DNA of 50,137 nucleotides, counting the filler, from Streblomastix strix (Eukaryota), in the NCBI GenBank assembly GCA_008636045.1. It is 3 parts of 3 records of this genome, joined end to end, with 100 filler letters (N's around TTAATTAATTAA, not from the genome) between each part and the next. Parts side by side here need not be neighbours in the genome. Positions count along the whole stretch, not along the records: positions 1 to 16,656 come from SNRW01000778.1; 2 more parts are not named here. The stretch is one strand, 5' to 3'. Each line of letters begins with the position of its first letter. Position 1 is the first letter of the stretch. The notes below the pieces were generated by a model that was not told the DNA's origin, ran no database searches, and saw only the letters and a program-made list of their open reading frames with translations. The position numbers and the translations under genes are program-made. Positions 1 through 12,388 of this stretch are shown here, piece after piece.

Positions 1-3000
1 ACATTCAAATTCTAAGACAGAAAATAAATAATAAACCTAAGAATTAGATAATGGGAATAGAAATATAACAACGAAACTTCGGAAACCTGAATAGTTTGGA
101 GTATTTACATCTCCTTATGTTAGTGAAATGTTATATAACTCAATGGATTAAAATAATGAAAAGATATAAATGAAATACTTTGAACCATAAAAACATGTTC
201 ATTAAAGTAATAAATAATCTCCATCTATTTCTATAGGAAAAAGGTTTACTATTATTTTGAAACTAATTTGAGTTTTAAGAAGCATTTAATGAATATTCAT
301 ATTTAATAAATTATTTATTAATATTATTATACTGTTATTTATTTTAATTATTTTAACTAATCAGATCTTATCACAAGCATCATCACAATAAAAAACTTTA
401 AGGAAAAGAAATCAAGACCAAATAATCTTTTAATAGAGATGATGAATAGAAAGTAAAATAAAATCATAATAAGAAAAAAGAATATAAGAAAAGAAATGAT
501 AATAATTTTGATTAACAGTAGTCAGTGTCAATATATGAATTGAAAGGAAAAGTTGATACAAGTAATTTTAATTCATAATCATCGTATATATAAAATTTAT
601 AATATTAAGACTCATCACTTAATAATCAATCTTCATACATGCTTCAATAAACAGAATCAGAACATTCAAATATTTCAAACAATTCTAATACACCAAATAG
701 TTCTATTGTATCCTCTCCATCTTAATAATAATAAATTGATTCTTAAATTTAATCTAATTAATATTAATAAGATTTTATTGATAATCCATAAATTAATTAA
801 ATACAATAAGATATTTAAGATAAAGCAGATGCTCAAGACATAAAAATACATTTAGAGACCAATTCAAGTACAGAATAATCAGATATTAATGTATCAGAAG
901 CAAATTAATAGAACACTAGACCTGAAGTACATGATTCAAATTCATACACTAATGTAACTTAATTACCTTTTCCTTCTTTAAATCAACAACAGTTAACATA
1001 ACAATAATTATTCATAGATAAATCATCCTCACAATCAACTCCTTAATTCATTCCTTCTCAAATGACTCCTCTATTGATATATTCTCCTTTCTATATGATA
1101 TCATCTTCTCCTAATACAATAACACCAGCTTAGAACCCTTCAAATATTACAGACAACTTACAGGATTAATATCCAATGCAAGCTTCACCTCTTTTAATGG
1201 ATTCTAGATACTTATAAATGTAAAACTCGCACAATTTTACTATAAGTGAAAATTTAAGTAATAACCAGATCAAATAAGGACAAAATGATACTTTTTAATC
1301 TCCTATGATTATTCCTCAACTTTTTAGTACATTTATTTAATCTTCACGTGATTCACCTTAATTTTATCCTTCTCCTCAACCAGACACTAATTTAAATCAA
1401 TTCTTATAATAAAATAGAGATATTTAATATGATGGACTATTTTCACCAAATTCATTTAATCTTAATTAATCTCTTAAAACTCCTGTATAAAATTCTAATG
1501 GAAAATAATCTATCAATTCAGGAAAAGAAATCGATAATTAGAAAAATGATAATTCTTAACTATAATAAGAAAAGCTGAACAATAGTGAAAAAATGAATGA
1601 ATAAGAATACAAGAATTAATATCCTAATTCATTATTATAGAGTTTACCAATTCAACCTTTTCATATTCCATCTGCGCACTAAATAAAAGAAACTTCTTCT
1701 TCAGATTTATAAATTTCCTCAAATTTCAATTCTAATAATATAAATTTAGAATAAATGACTTTTAAATAACCAATTTAACTTTCATTTGCACCATTTAAAG
1801 AAAATATTGTTTAAATTTCACCTTTAAATTCATAATAAAACAAGTAAACTATTGATAAAAATGAATAAGTGAAAAAATAAACAGAAAAATAAGAAAATTA
1901 AATAAAAGATAATAATGAATCTAATATTATTGATAATTCTCAAATGAAACAAAGAAAATATAAAGAATTTAAACCAAAAGGAAAGCATTTTGATAGAGAT
2001 ATTAAATAGTTGCTGAATAACTCAATTTATAATTAGAACGAATAAGAAAACACTGAATTTAAAGATGGCTAATATTAAAATAAATAAAATGCAGTGGATC
2101 AAAATAAATAAGAAAATAATCAATAACAAAAAGAAAAAGAATCTTCACATGCAAACTCAAATCATCTTCCATTATAGTTACTTCCAACTCCAGATGATAA
2201 ACTTCGAATATAAACTAATACTTCATAGAGTCCATCTTCATTTACTCCCCAAAGTCAATAAAGTGTTGACTATAAAGATTCTCCACAATCATAAAGCTAA
2301 CAAAGTTCAAATGAAGAAATGCCAATAAATACAACTTATTTGAATCTGAATATTCCTCAGAAACTTCCTCGAATAATTAATTCTTCTTAATCACCCCAAA
2401 CTTCACTTCCAAAACATCCTTCATTTCCTCCTCCAATGCGACTCAGCTCCAATTTAATCTCTAATCGACCCATTTAGACAAATCCAAATATGAATATTCA
2501 GAATAAGCTTCAACACGCATAACAATAACAATTACAATAACAATAACAATAGTAATAACAATATTCATAGAATCCAAATTACCCATTTTAGTAGGTGCAC
2601 TTCCTCCCTTATCAATAAAATTAATTTCCCCAAATGAATTATAATTGGATGTAGCAAAACTTAGATTATTAGTCAAGAATTCATATGTAATAGTAAATAT
2701 TAGCAAATAGAAGAAATTTAACTCCTTTAAATTCATTTCAACCTTAGACTGAAAAGAAATCTACGTTTCATTATCCTCCATAAATTGCTCCAACGACTAA
2801 TTCTTCACTTTAATAAACACCAACAATTTAGTCTGTAGAAAATCCTATTTAACTTTCAAAACCAAACATTGATAAAGTTTCAATTGATGGAAATAATACA
2901 AAAGTTATTGAGACTAAAACAAATGTTGAATTATTTGAGAAATAAGGAGATATATAAGTTGATATGCTGAATAAAATGAACTCTAATATAATTGATTTCG

Positions 3001-3671
3001 AAATTAATTCAATAGATTAATTAGAACAGTCAACAAGTTAATATTAAAAACTTTAGAAAAATTCCAAAAAACGTCCATTTTTTGGTCATAATTAAGAGAA
3101 AGAACAATAAATTGTCCAACAATCTATATAATAACCTCAAGCTCAATTATAACAGAATTAATATCCAGTTCAAGATCCTTGGCCAAGACAACCAACATCA
3201 AATGATCAATTTAACAATTTTATTGGATTTTCAAATGACAAACTTAATGGAATATCATATCAACCTATTTAATCAACCAATAACAATAATAATATGAATA
3301 TAGGTGCGTCTTCATTGGAATAAAAGACAGCGCCAACATAAATAGACGTTAACGAATAGAATATTAATCTTACCCCATCTGGCTTTATTCCACGATGCTT
3401 CCATTGTTCTCAATTTGGTCATCTCTTCAATGATTGTCCATTATTGAAGTATGAAGGTGTGAATACAACGCGATATTCATGCTACAGATGTGGAGAACAT
3501 GGCCACCATTCAAATAACTGTCCAAATGAAGACAGAAGAATTTGCTTTATCTGCAAATCAAAAGGGCATATTTAAAGAGATTGCCCATTCAGATTTGAGA
3601 AATAAGGTTAATTTTTTTCTGTAGGTTCTTCTCACTTATCAGATAAAGTTGAATCATAAGAACACATTTGA
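1..3671 (+). CDS. Large Q/N/S-rich low-complexity protein with three C-terminal CCHC zinc knuckles (5'-partial)
   Basis: With TAR=Gln: exon <1-243, GT-AG intron 244-364, then an open frame 365-3671 ending in TGA. C-terminus reads CFHCSQFGHLFNDC, CYRCGEHGHHSNNC, CFICKSKGHIQRDC (CX2CX4HX4C x3, ~3396-3586). Confidence 0.85.
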
Positions 3672-4323
3672 CAATAAGTTTATACATAACATCTTGTTAG
3701 TTATTCTTATTTTTACCATTACTTGTCGAATATAAATATTTATTATACCATCATATAATTATTATTAAAGCAAAAAATATATGTAATCGTCATGACTGGC
3801 TAGTTTTTACTCTTCATTCCATAGGTGGTATCCATCGAAAGTCACTTGATTATCGATTTATTAGATATATCTATTTCTGAAAAAAAAGGAATATTGAGCA
3901 TATAATAATTATGTTCAATTTATTGACAAAAATTAGTTTTAAATTGAGATTTCTTCATACACTCAAAAATTCGTATAAAAATGAAATTTATGATAAGTTC
4001 AAATTAATAATGTAATAAACTTTTAAAATTATTAGAAATTTAATAAATATACAATTCTTGTATACTTACAAGCGTTAGATTTTGTTAAATTAAATTTAAT
4101 ATCCGAATGTAGCATATTCAACCAATAATTAATAAAAATCCATAAAGATTTAAAATATAATTTAATTTATATAAAAAATACCATAGCATTACCACTGGTT
4201 TGCATCATGAATGTGGTAAAATCCGGGTAAAATTAATCACATTTTCTGAAAGTGTAAATCTTTCCCTAGAAATTTATACCTTTTTCAATATAAATTAACC
4301 ATAAATTTATTTAACATATACAA

Positions 4324-6339
4324 TCATATGAGATGATTTCTTGGAGATACTGTTGGTGGCACTGAAAAATCAATTTGCTAAACTCTCTCCTTTGATTTAT
4401 CCTTTTTTTCTTCTTCAACCCACCATTCTTGTTTTGGTATAAGATCTTCTGTTATCATAAATTTCCCAGAGCCATCTTTGCTTATCATATCTTTTCTCAA
4501 TGTGGCGATTAAACTTGCTTTGCTGTCTGTTCTCTATACTGGGGATTTATTGAATCTCCTTCTTGATGTTGGAGTGGACATATCTTTCCCTGATCGAATT
4601 GTTTCAGACATATTAGATCTAATTGTATTACCTAATTCTATCATCTCAGGTAAATCTGTAAGATGTTCGAAGCCTTGTTTTATTTCTTATTCAACTTCAC
4701 TTGACTATCCTTCAATTTCATCTTAACTCTTTTATTATTCATTTAGTTTAGCAAGCTGTTCTTATTCTTCTTCATAATATTATTTTTGTAAATAACTCTC
4801 GATTCTTTCTTAGTTTTTATTATCTTCAATAATTGCTGAGTTCTTTTAGGTTATAGTGTTTTCAGATTCTGAAATTTACTACAATAATGTTTCGTTCTCT
4901 TTTTCGTATTTATCATAATCAATTATGTCAGCCTCATTTGTATTATAATTTCTTTCTTCTCTATTCATCTAATAAAGAGCTTCAAATCTTCCTCTTATTT
5001 CTTTAACTGCTTCTTCATCCTCTTACATCCTCTGCATCAATCCATAGTTTTATTTTTCAAAAACACCGTTTGGTCCTGGAATAATTGGTTGCATATAAAG
5101 ATGCTTAGATTATAGCACAGGTATATAAAAACTTTATGCCTGAAGTGTTCGTGCTGTTTATGATGAAAACATTGGTCTTTAGAATGTGTATGATGGAGGA
5201 GTGAATGTTGATCCTGCTTCTGTGTGATAAAGTGGAGAGAACTTCTTTGAGTAATGTGTTGGTCTCACTGATTCAGGTACTAATGGAAATGTGCTGATCT
5301 TAAGAAATTCTCTCTAAGTAAAGTTCTATTGATATCTTCGTGGAAATTAAGCTGTTAATGATTGATTCCTTATATTTGGTGATTGTGAAAGTGAAATGTT
5401 TTTTCTATTTTATTATTACACGTTTCTATTTGTATCACTTTACTATTAATTGTATTTTGAATAATGAAGAGATTAAGGAATATTAAGATGTCTGAGAGGA
5501 TCATCTCTATTTGATTCCAATATACCATCCTTCCTTCCTGTAGCTGTAATGAGTAATGGTCGAGGTGAAGATTAATTAATTCGAGGTTGAAGTGATAAAG
5601 GCCATTATTCATTGTCACTTTCAACTGCTCCTGTCTTTCTATCAGGATTTGAAGGAGTTTAAGGACTGTATTACTAATTATATTACTAATGGTTTTATAA
5701 GATTTCTAAACCTCTAATTCTATTTGTTGTATTACTTTAATCATCCCAATTAGTAATATCTCTAATATCTCTCCAATCTTTATTTCCTTATTAGTTTTTA
5801 CTCTTTTCTGATGAAGTTGATTAACGTAAATTTGGTGATGAGAGTTTGTTTTTCTTAGAAAAACTTGTGATAGAGGATGATGTTTATGATTTATTAACAG
5901 ATTCTATATGTATTTTGGCATCAGATTCATGAGAATTGTTATAAATGGAGTTCTTGTCAATAACTGGCAACTTTGGTGATGCAATTTATTGAATTGGTAT
6001 TATTTATTAGGTATCTTATTGTTAAAATGTTGAATTTTCATTATATAAATTTAAATTTTCAATCTCTTTACTAAGTAAATTCAAAGGTTTAATCCTTCGT
6101 TTTGTTGGATTCATAAGAGTGTTTGAAACATCATTTGCTGGTTTTCCTGCCATTCAAGGAGATTATATCAATCAAGAGAATTCACTAAATCGTGGGCGTT
6201 CTTTTGCGGGTGGTATTTCTTCTATATACAATGCATGATTAGCTTTTGATGGTGAATTGTGTGTAAAAGATGACAATAATGGATAGTTTGGAAGTCTTGG
6301 AACAATTGAAAATTCATTGATAGCTTTTGAGATAGACAT
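4324..6339 (-). CDS. Hypothetical protein (~660 aa, S/P/Q-rich, with an acidic/coiled-coil C-terminal part)
   Basis: ATG at 6339 (MSISKAINEF...). Frame open to TGA at 4326-4324 apart from two TGAs at 6174/6156, which a 39-nt GT-AG intron (6147-6185) would remove. The 3' end is uncertain. Confidence 0.7.
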
Positions 6340-6999
6340 TTATTAATTTTGGTCACCCTAAGGTTCTACAAGCGCGATCAGTTACTTCCGTTTTGTTTAC
6401 ATTCTGAAAATATAAAATATAACCACGTGTTAATGACAATTTGAAATTACGAATGAATTTAATGTATAAATTTTAATTTTTATCTAGAATTCAAAATATA
6501 AATATAATTTAAGTATTTCATATGGCATAAATTAAATGCAAATATTATTATTCGTTTTATTGGCCGAATGTTGTATTAAAAATAATATAATATTTAAAAT
6601 ATTATTTAAATAAAATCATATAAACATATTAAATAATTTAAAATTAATTTAAGCAATTAGTTATTGAGATAAATAAAGAAATGGACATTATTTGGAAATA
6701 AATTTATGTTAAAATATAATAACAATTAATGTTATATTTTTATATGGTTTATTTATGTAATATTATAAAAATGTATGGATTGCGAAGAAATCCATTCATT
6801 TTAGTTTTTCACGCATGTGCCAAGGCAAAACAGCAATTTGATCAAAATAACAACATATCTCATTAATCCAAAGATATATACTCTATTAAATTTACGTATA
6901 ACCATGAGCTGCACGTGGGGATGAGGAGAGGAAAAATAAATATTAATTATTAATATCTCTTTATTTTCTTTTATTTAATACTTATATTTTACAGAATAG

Positions 7000-8951
7000 A
7001 TGCTTATTATTGTTTTGCTTGCATTATTTTAACTTTCACTGAGTATCGAATATAACAAGGGTGAGAAATTTGCGTATGATTTTACAAGCCAAGTTGTGAC
7101 TGTGTCTTAGGGAAATGATGGGTAAAAAACAGGATTAAGAAGTAACGCTCACCAAAGCACATAGGAAATCAACACGACCGCTGAATTTCGTGTATTATTG
7201 ACGAGTAGCGTAGGATCCTTCCTTGAAATGAAGGTTTCAAATTTGCGCATAAAGATGTCAAGCGAAGAAGTTTGCAAAGTTTTTATTTGATTGTAAATTG
7301 TTTTATACTTCTCCTTGTCCGGCGTTAAAGGACTCTAGCGACGTTGAACCAGGAGAATAGCTTGATGCCGTATCTATTTTTTAGTTAGTCAATATTTAAC
7401 ACTATTATTTTTATTATTTATCAGCTATTTGGTAATCCAGTTTATTTCACTCACAAACAAGATGGATCAATATTAGATGTTTCAATTTCAAACGATGAAG
7501 ACGATAGCATCACAGCTATTAAAATGGGAGTACTGAACTCTTTAAGGACAGTTGAAGGAGATGGGAAAACGGATAAATATTAATCATCGGTTCTTGATGC
7601 ACATGGACGTCATATTGAGAGATTCTAGCTTGAGAAGAAGGCAGGTGGAGAAATGCTAATCAGTTCGAGCTATAATTAGGATGATTTCAATAATTTTGCT
7701 GATCCTGCTATCGATCCAACACAGATTCAACTTTCTTCTTAGAATAGACGTTTAATTAACAATGAACGTATTACATCATCTGAATAATCACAAACAGTAA
7801 CATTGAATCCTAAGAATAGAAGGTAATCTAATGATGATACTGAAGTAATAGATCCCATTCCTGAATTCTTCATTGTTTCTGATGGTATTAGTAAGTTAAA
7901 TAACAAAAGAACTCTGTCAAGTAATGATGATGAACAAGAATTCCCATATTCAAGCGTTGAAGAGTTTATGAGATAGAATTAGAACTTGAAACTTGTGAAC
8001 TATTTACAGAACTCATTTTATGAAGAAAGAGAAAGAATTAAAAAGTAATAATCAAGATTTACCCAATTATCTGAGAAGAGACAATAAAATGATATGAGTT
8101 GCACACCTGAACTAACAGCATGTTACAGGTATATACAATATCAATAATAGAATTATTTCATTTCTGATTTTATTTTACTTTACAAATGCAGTTACAAGAA
8201 TAGTTGGTAAGTTGGAGGCAATGACTTTGGTCTTCGATTAACAGCATCTGCAGCTGTTGGAATGATGAAGGGATGCTCATTGAATACATCCTCAAGTTAC
8301 TTGGCAGGTGCAGATGTGAAGTTGGAAGGATTGATTTTGGGGAAGACTGTTACTGCTGCTGATGCATTTGCTGAATATGGAGAGATAAATGGAGTTGCTA
8401 AAAGGAACTAAGTGAAAGTGGACGTTATTGGAAAAAATATTTTTTCTAAGTCATTTTCAACGTATAAGGCGTGTTCTAAACAGAGCTTATCAGTTTCAAG
8501 ATATGAGAAAGATTGGTCATTTGGATTCACAATACTTGTAGTCATTGTTCCTGTGTCATTTTCAGCAGGTCTTAAAGTAGAGTTTAATGCAGAAGCAGCA
8601 ATGTTCCCATGTGTTTAACAAGTACTGTACAATGTATCTTTCATTCCTTCAGTCAAACTAACAGCATATGGAGGAGCAAGTGTGTCAATCATTGTTGCAA
8701 AAGCAGGAGTCAATATTGAGGGATCTTTTACACAATCACTTGATCCACATGGCTACGTTGATGGAGCTAGATGCGCACTGGGTTATGAAGTCAATTCAGT
8801 AACTGATCCTTTAACAGCCAAGTTGTATGGCTGGTATAGAGTAAGGAAATGGACTCTAAGTTGGGGTAAGGAGCATAAAGTGACTATATGGTCTAATAGC
8901 TTAGCTCGTGTCACGAAGAACATTGACAGGCGCGAAGCAAGAGTTTATTGA
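7000..8951 (+). CDS. Secreted protein with N-terminal region resembling the vitellogenin/MTP (large lipid transfer protein) beta-sheet domain
   Basis: Signal-peptide-like MLIIVLLALFQLSLS, then YNKGEKFAYDFTSQV...PVYFTHKQDGSILDV...AIKMGVLNSL...VLDAHG. Introns ~7270-7330, ~7370-7424, ~8129-8191. Beta-rich Cys/Trp C-terminus, TGA 8949-8951. The CDS is solid; the family call is by-eye motif similarity. Confidence 0.6.
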
Positions 8952-9114
8952 AAAGTTCAAACTAGAGTTTACTGAAATAATTTCAATCATTATATGTAGT
9001 TTAGGAATTTTTTGGGACACCACTTCCTCATAACTTTAGAGTAATAAACTAATTAATAGGTTTTAAACCTTTATTTATACTTTTAAAATTTTGTAAAACA
9101 TACCAATACAATTC

Positions 9115-9266
9115 GAATCTGTTAATAAGTCATAAACATCATCCTCTATCACAAGTTTTTCTAAGAAAAACAAACTCTTATCACCAAATCTACGTTAATC
9201 AACTTCATCAGAAAAGAGTAAAAACTAATAAAAAAATAAAGATTGGAGAGATATTAGAGATATTAC
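9115..9266 (+). repeat. 152-bp inverted duplicate of coding segment 5753-5904
   Basis: Reverse complement of 5753-5904 aligns ungapped to 9115-9266 with 5 mismatches counted by eye. Confidence 0.9.
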
Positions 9267-9636
9267 AAAATAATATTATAATTATATTGTATTTAAATTA
9301 ATTAAATATATTTATTAATTAGATAACTAAACAAATGCACCCTTACTAAGATACCTTCAAGTTTCCGTTTTTCGATTTTCCACCTTTACACTAGTTCAAA
9401 CTATTTGTTTAAATGATTAATCAACATATTTAATTAAATAATCCTTGAATTTACTAAAATAATTACATTCATTTTAACTATGAGCACAAAATTAACACAA
9501 AAACGTAAAATCACATTTCACCTCATCGCTGGTTTGACAGATTGAATTTAACATCAAAAATATCCCTTTAAATTAATACTTTCATTTTAATTTACATTAT
9601 TTGTTAATTTACAGTAAATTTATTAGAGAACATTCG

Positions 9637-11952
9637 ATGTTATCCGATAATTCAGATATTAAATGTTATGCTTGCCTAGAACTTCTTGGAAAAATAGAGA
9701 ATCCTTCTCATTTTGTTAGAGAAAACTGCCTTGTTGAATGTGCAAAAAGAAACAATATAATTGCAGTTATAAATCTTCTTGAAAGCGGCATTGATATTGA
9801 AACATCAGACATTGATGGCATGACTTCGCTTTGCTGGGCAGTTCAACTTCAAAATGTTGCACTGGTATCATATCTTATTTCTAAAGGTGCTAACACAAAT
9901 GTATTTTGCAAAGCTAATTTCGATACTCCTGTCTCTTTAGCATGCAAAGTGGGTAATATTGCAATCTTACATTTACTTCTACAGAATGGTGGTGATTCTG
10001 AGTATAGGGATCCTCGTGGTGTGACTCTATTAATGTCAGCAGCTGCTTCAAAACAACCTTTAATTTGTGAATATTTGGTTAGAAGCTACTTATACATCTA
10101 TTTATTTATATATATATATATATAATATTAATTTGTTATCTTTTATTAGATACGCAGAGGAATGATATTGGGTGAAGACAACTTTGGTCATTCAGCTCTT
10201 CATTGGGCTTCATCACATGGAGATCCTTCTGTAATTAGTCTTTTATTGCATCATTTCCCTGAATCAATCAATATTAAGGATTTGAATTAAATGACACCTC
10301 TTCATTATGCTGTTGCACGAGGTAGAATATCAGCAACACAAATTCTCCTTGAAAATGGAGCAGATTTGAACCTATTAGATATTAATGGAAACAATCCTTG
10401 TGCTCTTGCTATTCAGAAATATTCAGAGGAAGTTTCAAAGATGTAAAGATCTTTCTTTGCAACACTAATGAATAAATTAACTGGCTAAAAGAAAGAACCT
10501 TAAATTATTAGTATGATTAAATCAGGAAAAATATATAAAAAGAAAGAAAATTCTAAATATGGATGCACTCTAGCATAAATTATATTTGTAACATTTTTCA
10601 TGATTGGGTTAATATACACACTTGCCTATCTAATTCCTTGGAAGAATTACTACTATTTGATACATTTATTAACCAAGTATAAAAAAGATACAGATCAATT
10701 ATCATCAATCAATATATTTATTTTAATAATTTCATTATCATTATTAACAATTGGAATGATATCTTTCTCTTAATGGGTTTTACTATCAAATTCTAATCCT
10801 GGAAGATTATTGAATCAATTAAAAGATGATTAAATTAAAGATTTATAGGAATAATTTACAGATATACTCGATAGAGGGTGCAATTAAGAAGAATAATCTA
10901 TAGATCAATCTCTTAATGATAAATGTTTAATTATATCTACACCAATCACTCTCTGTTATACATGCCGCATTCCAAGACCATTACGCTCAAAGCACTGCAC
11001 AATCTGTGGGTCGTGCATCACACATATGGATCATCATTGCTAATGGCTTCGAACTTGCGTGGGGGATGGAAATAAGAAGTTGTTCTTCATTTTCTTGCAT
11101 TTGATGCTCTTAACATTAATTATCTACATCTTGTTAGCATTCTTAGTTTATTCAAACGAATCCAACTCTCCAATTATCCTCAGGAATGTTGATAGAACAT
11201 TAGAAAATAACATATAACAAGATTCAATATCCACATTAAATGGGTTGAATATAAAAATAATTATTAAATGGATTTGGGATTGGTGTTATTTTCTGGCTTC
11301 ATGTCATACATTCGGTCTGTTTGTGTTGGCTTCTGCTTCATTCTTTGGTTTATTCCTGTTTACTATGATAATCTCACAGCACATGCAAATACTTAATGAT
11401 GTTACAACTAATGAGATTGTCAATGCTCCAAGATATATGATATTCAAAACACTTTCTGGTGGATTTTCAAACCCTTATTATATTCAAAGAAACAAGAAAA
11501 TTAATAAATAAAAGATTTTAAAAGATACACATAAATAAATAGATAATTAATTAATACTGAACAAACCTCTGCTCAGTCAATAACATGAAAGCAAATAATA
11601 AGAATACGATTTAATTATCGATGGAGAAGAATATGATTCACCAAAGATAAGTTATAGAAACCTTCTTTTAAAATATCCAAGCATATGTCCTCACAGAAGA
11701 AATTGGTTTCCACCATTTGATAACTTTTTCAGCAACTATAAACACTTTTTTGAGAAGAAGTCAACAGAACAGCTCATCTAATGTCTTACTTTTCAAACAG
11801 AAGCTAGATTTAATTAGGTTGGAGAGGAATGTAATTCATAAAGGAGATCACTTGATGAGCGTCTTTCAGAAGATATGGAAAACAGATATCAATCTAATGA
11901 GGTGGCTTTGAATTGCGCCATGCTTTTTCCGGGGTACTTTTGGAAGAGTTGA
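9637..11952 (+). CDS. Ankyrin-repeat DHHC palmitoyl acyltransferase (Akr1/ZDHHC17-like)
   Basis: Ankyrin repeats ([26 protein letters not shown]), TM segments, and [40 protein letters not shown] with a TTNE motif. Intron 10078-10149, TGA 11950-11952. Confidence 0.93.
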
Positions 11953-12388
11953 TCACTTGCAATAAATATTTCAAATACAAAAATAAATATTAATTTTCAA
12001 TATCGTTATAATTCATTATTTTATATTTTATATGTTGGGTAGATTGAACAAATAAACTTCAAATTCAATATTACAGACATTAAAAGGATATTTCTTTTGA
12101 ATTTCAAATGAAATAAATTATATACAATATTTACTTATAAATTATTTTACATTCAATATAAATTACACCAGTCAAATCATTTGAAAATTTGTTTCAATAT
12201 TTTCAAATGAAAAACTAAAACAAAGAGCAATAATCAGAATATATAGAGTTGTTTTTTTACATTCATTCTATATAGCAGAATAAAGGGAGTTAAATTCAAC
12301 TTATAAATAAATATTACATTACTATAAATATAATTTTAATTTTACAATTATTATTTTTATCATCCATTTACAGTTGTTGAAACCATCT

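Noticed and set aside
3396..3671. Retrotransposon Gag suggested by zinc knuckles
   Set aside because: No protease/RT/integrase or LTRs follow, and the gene has a spliceosomal intron.
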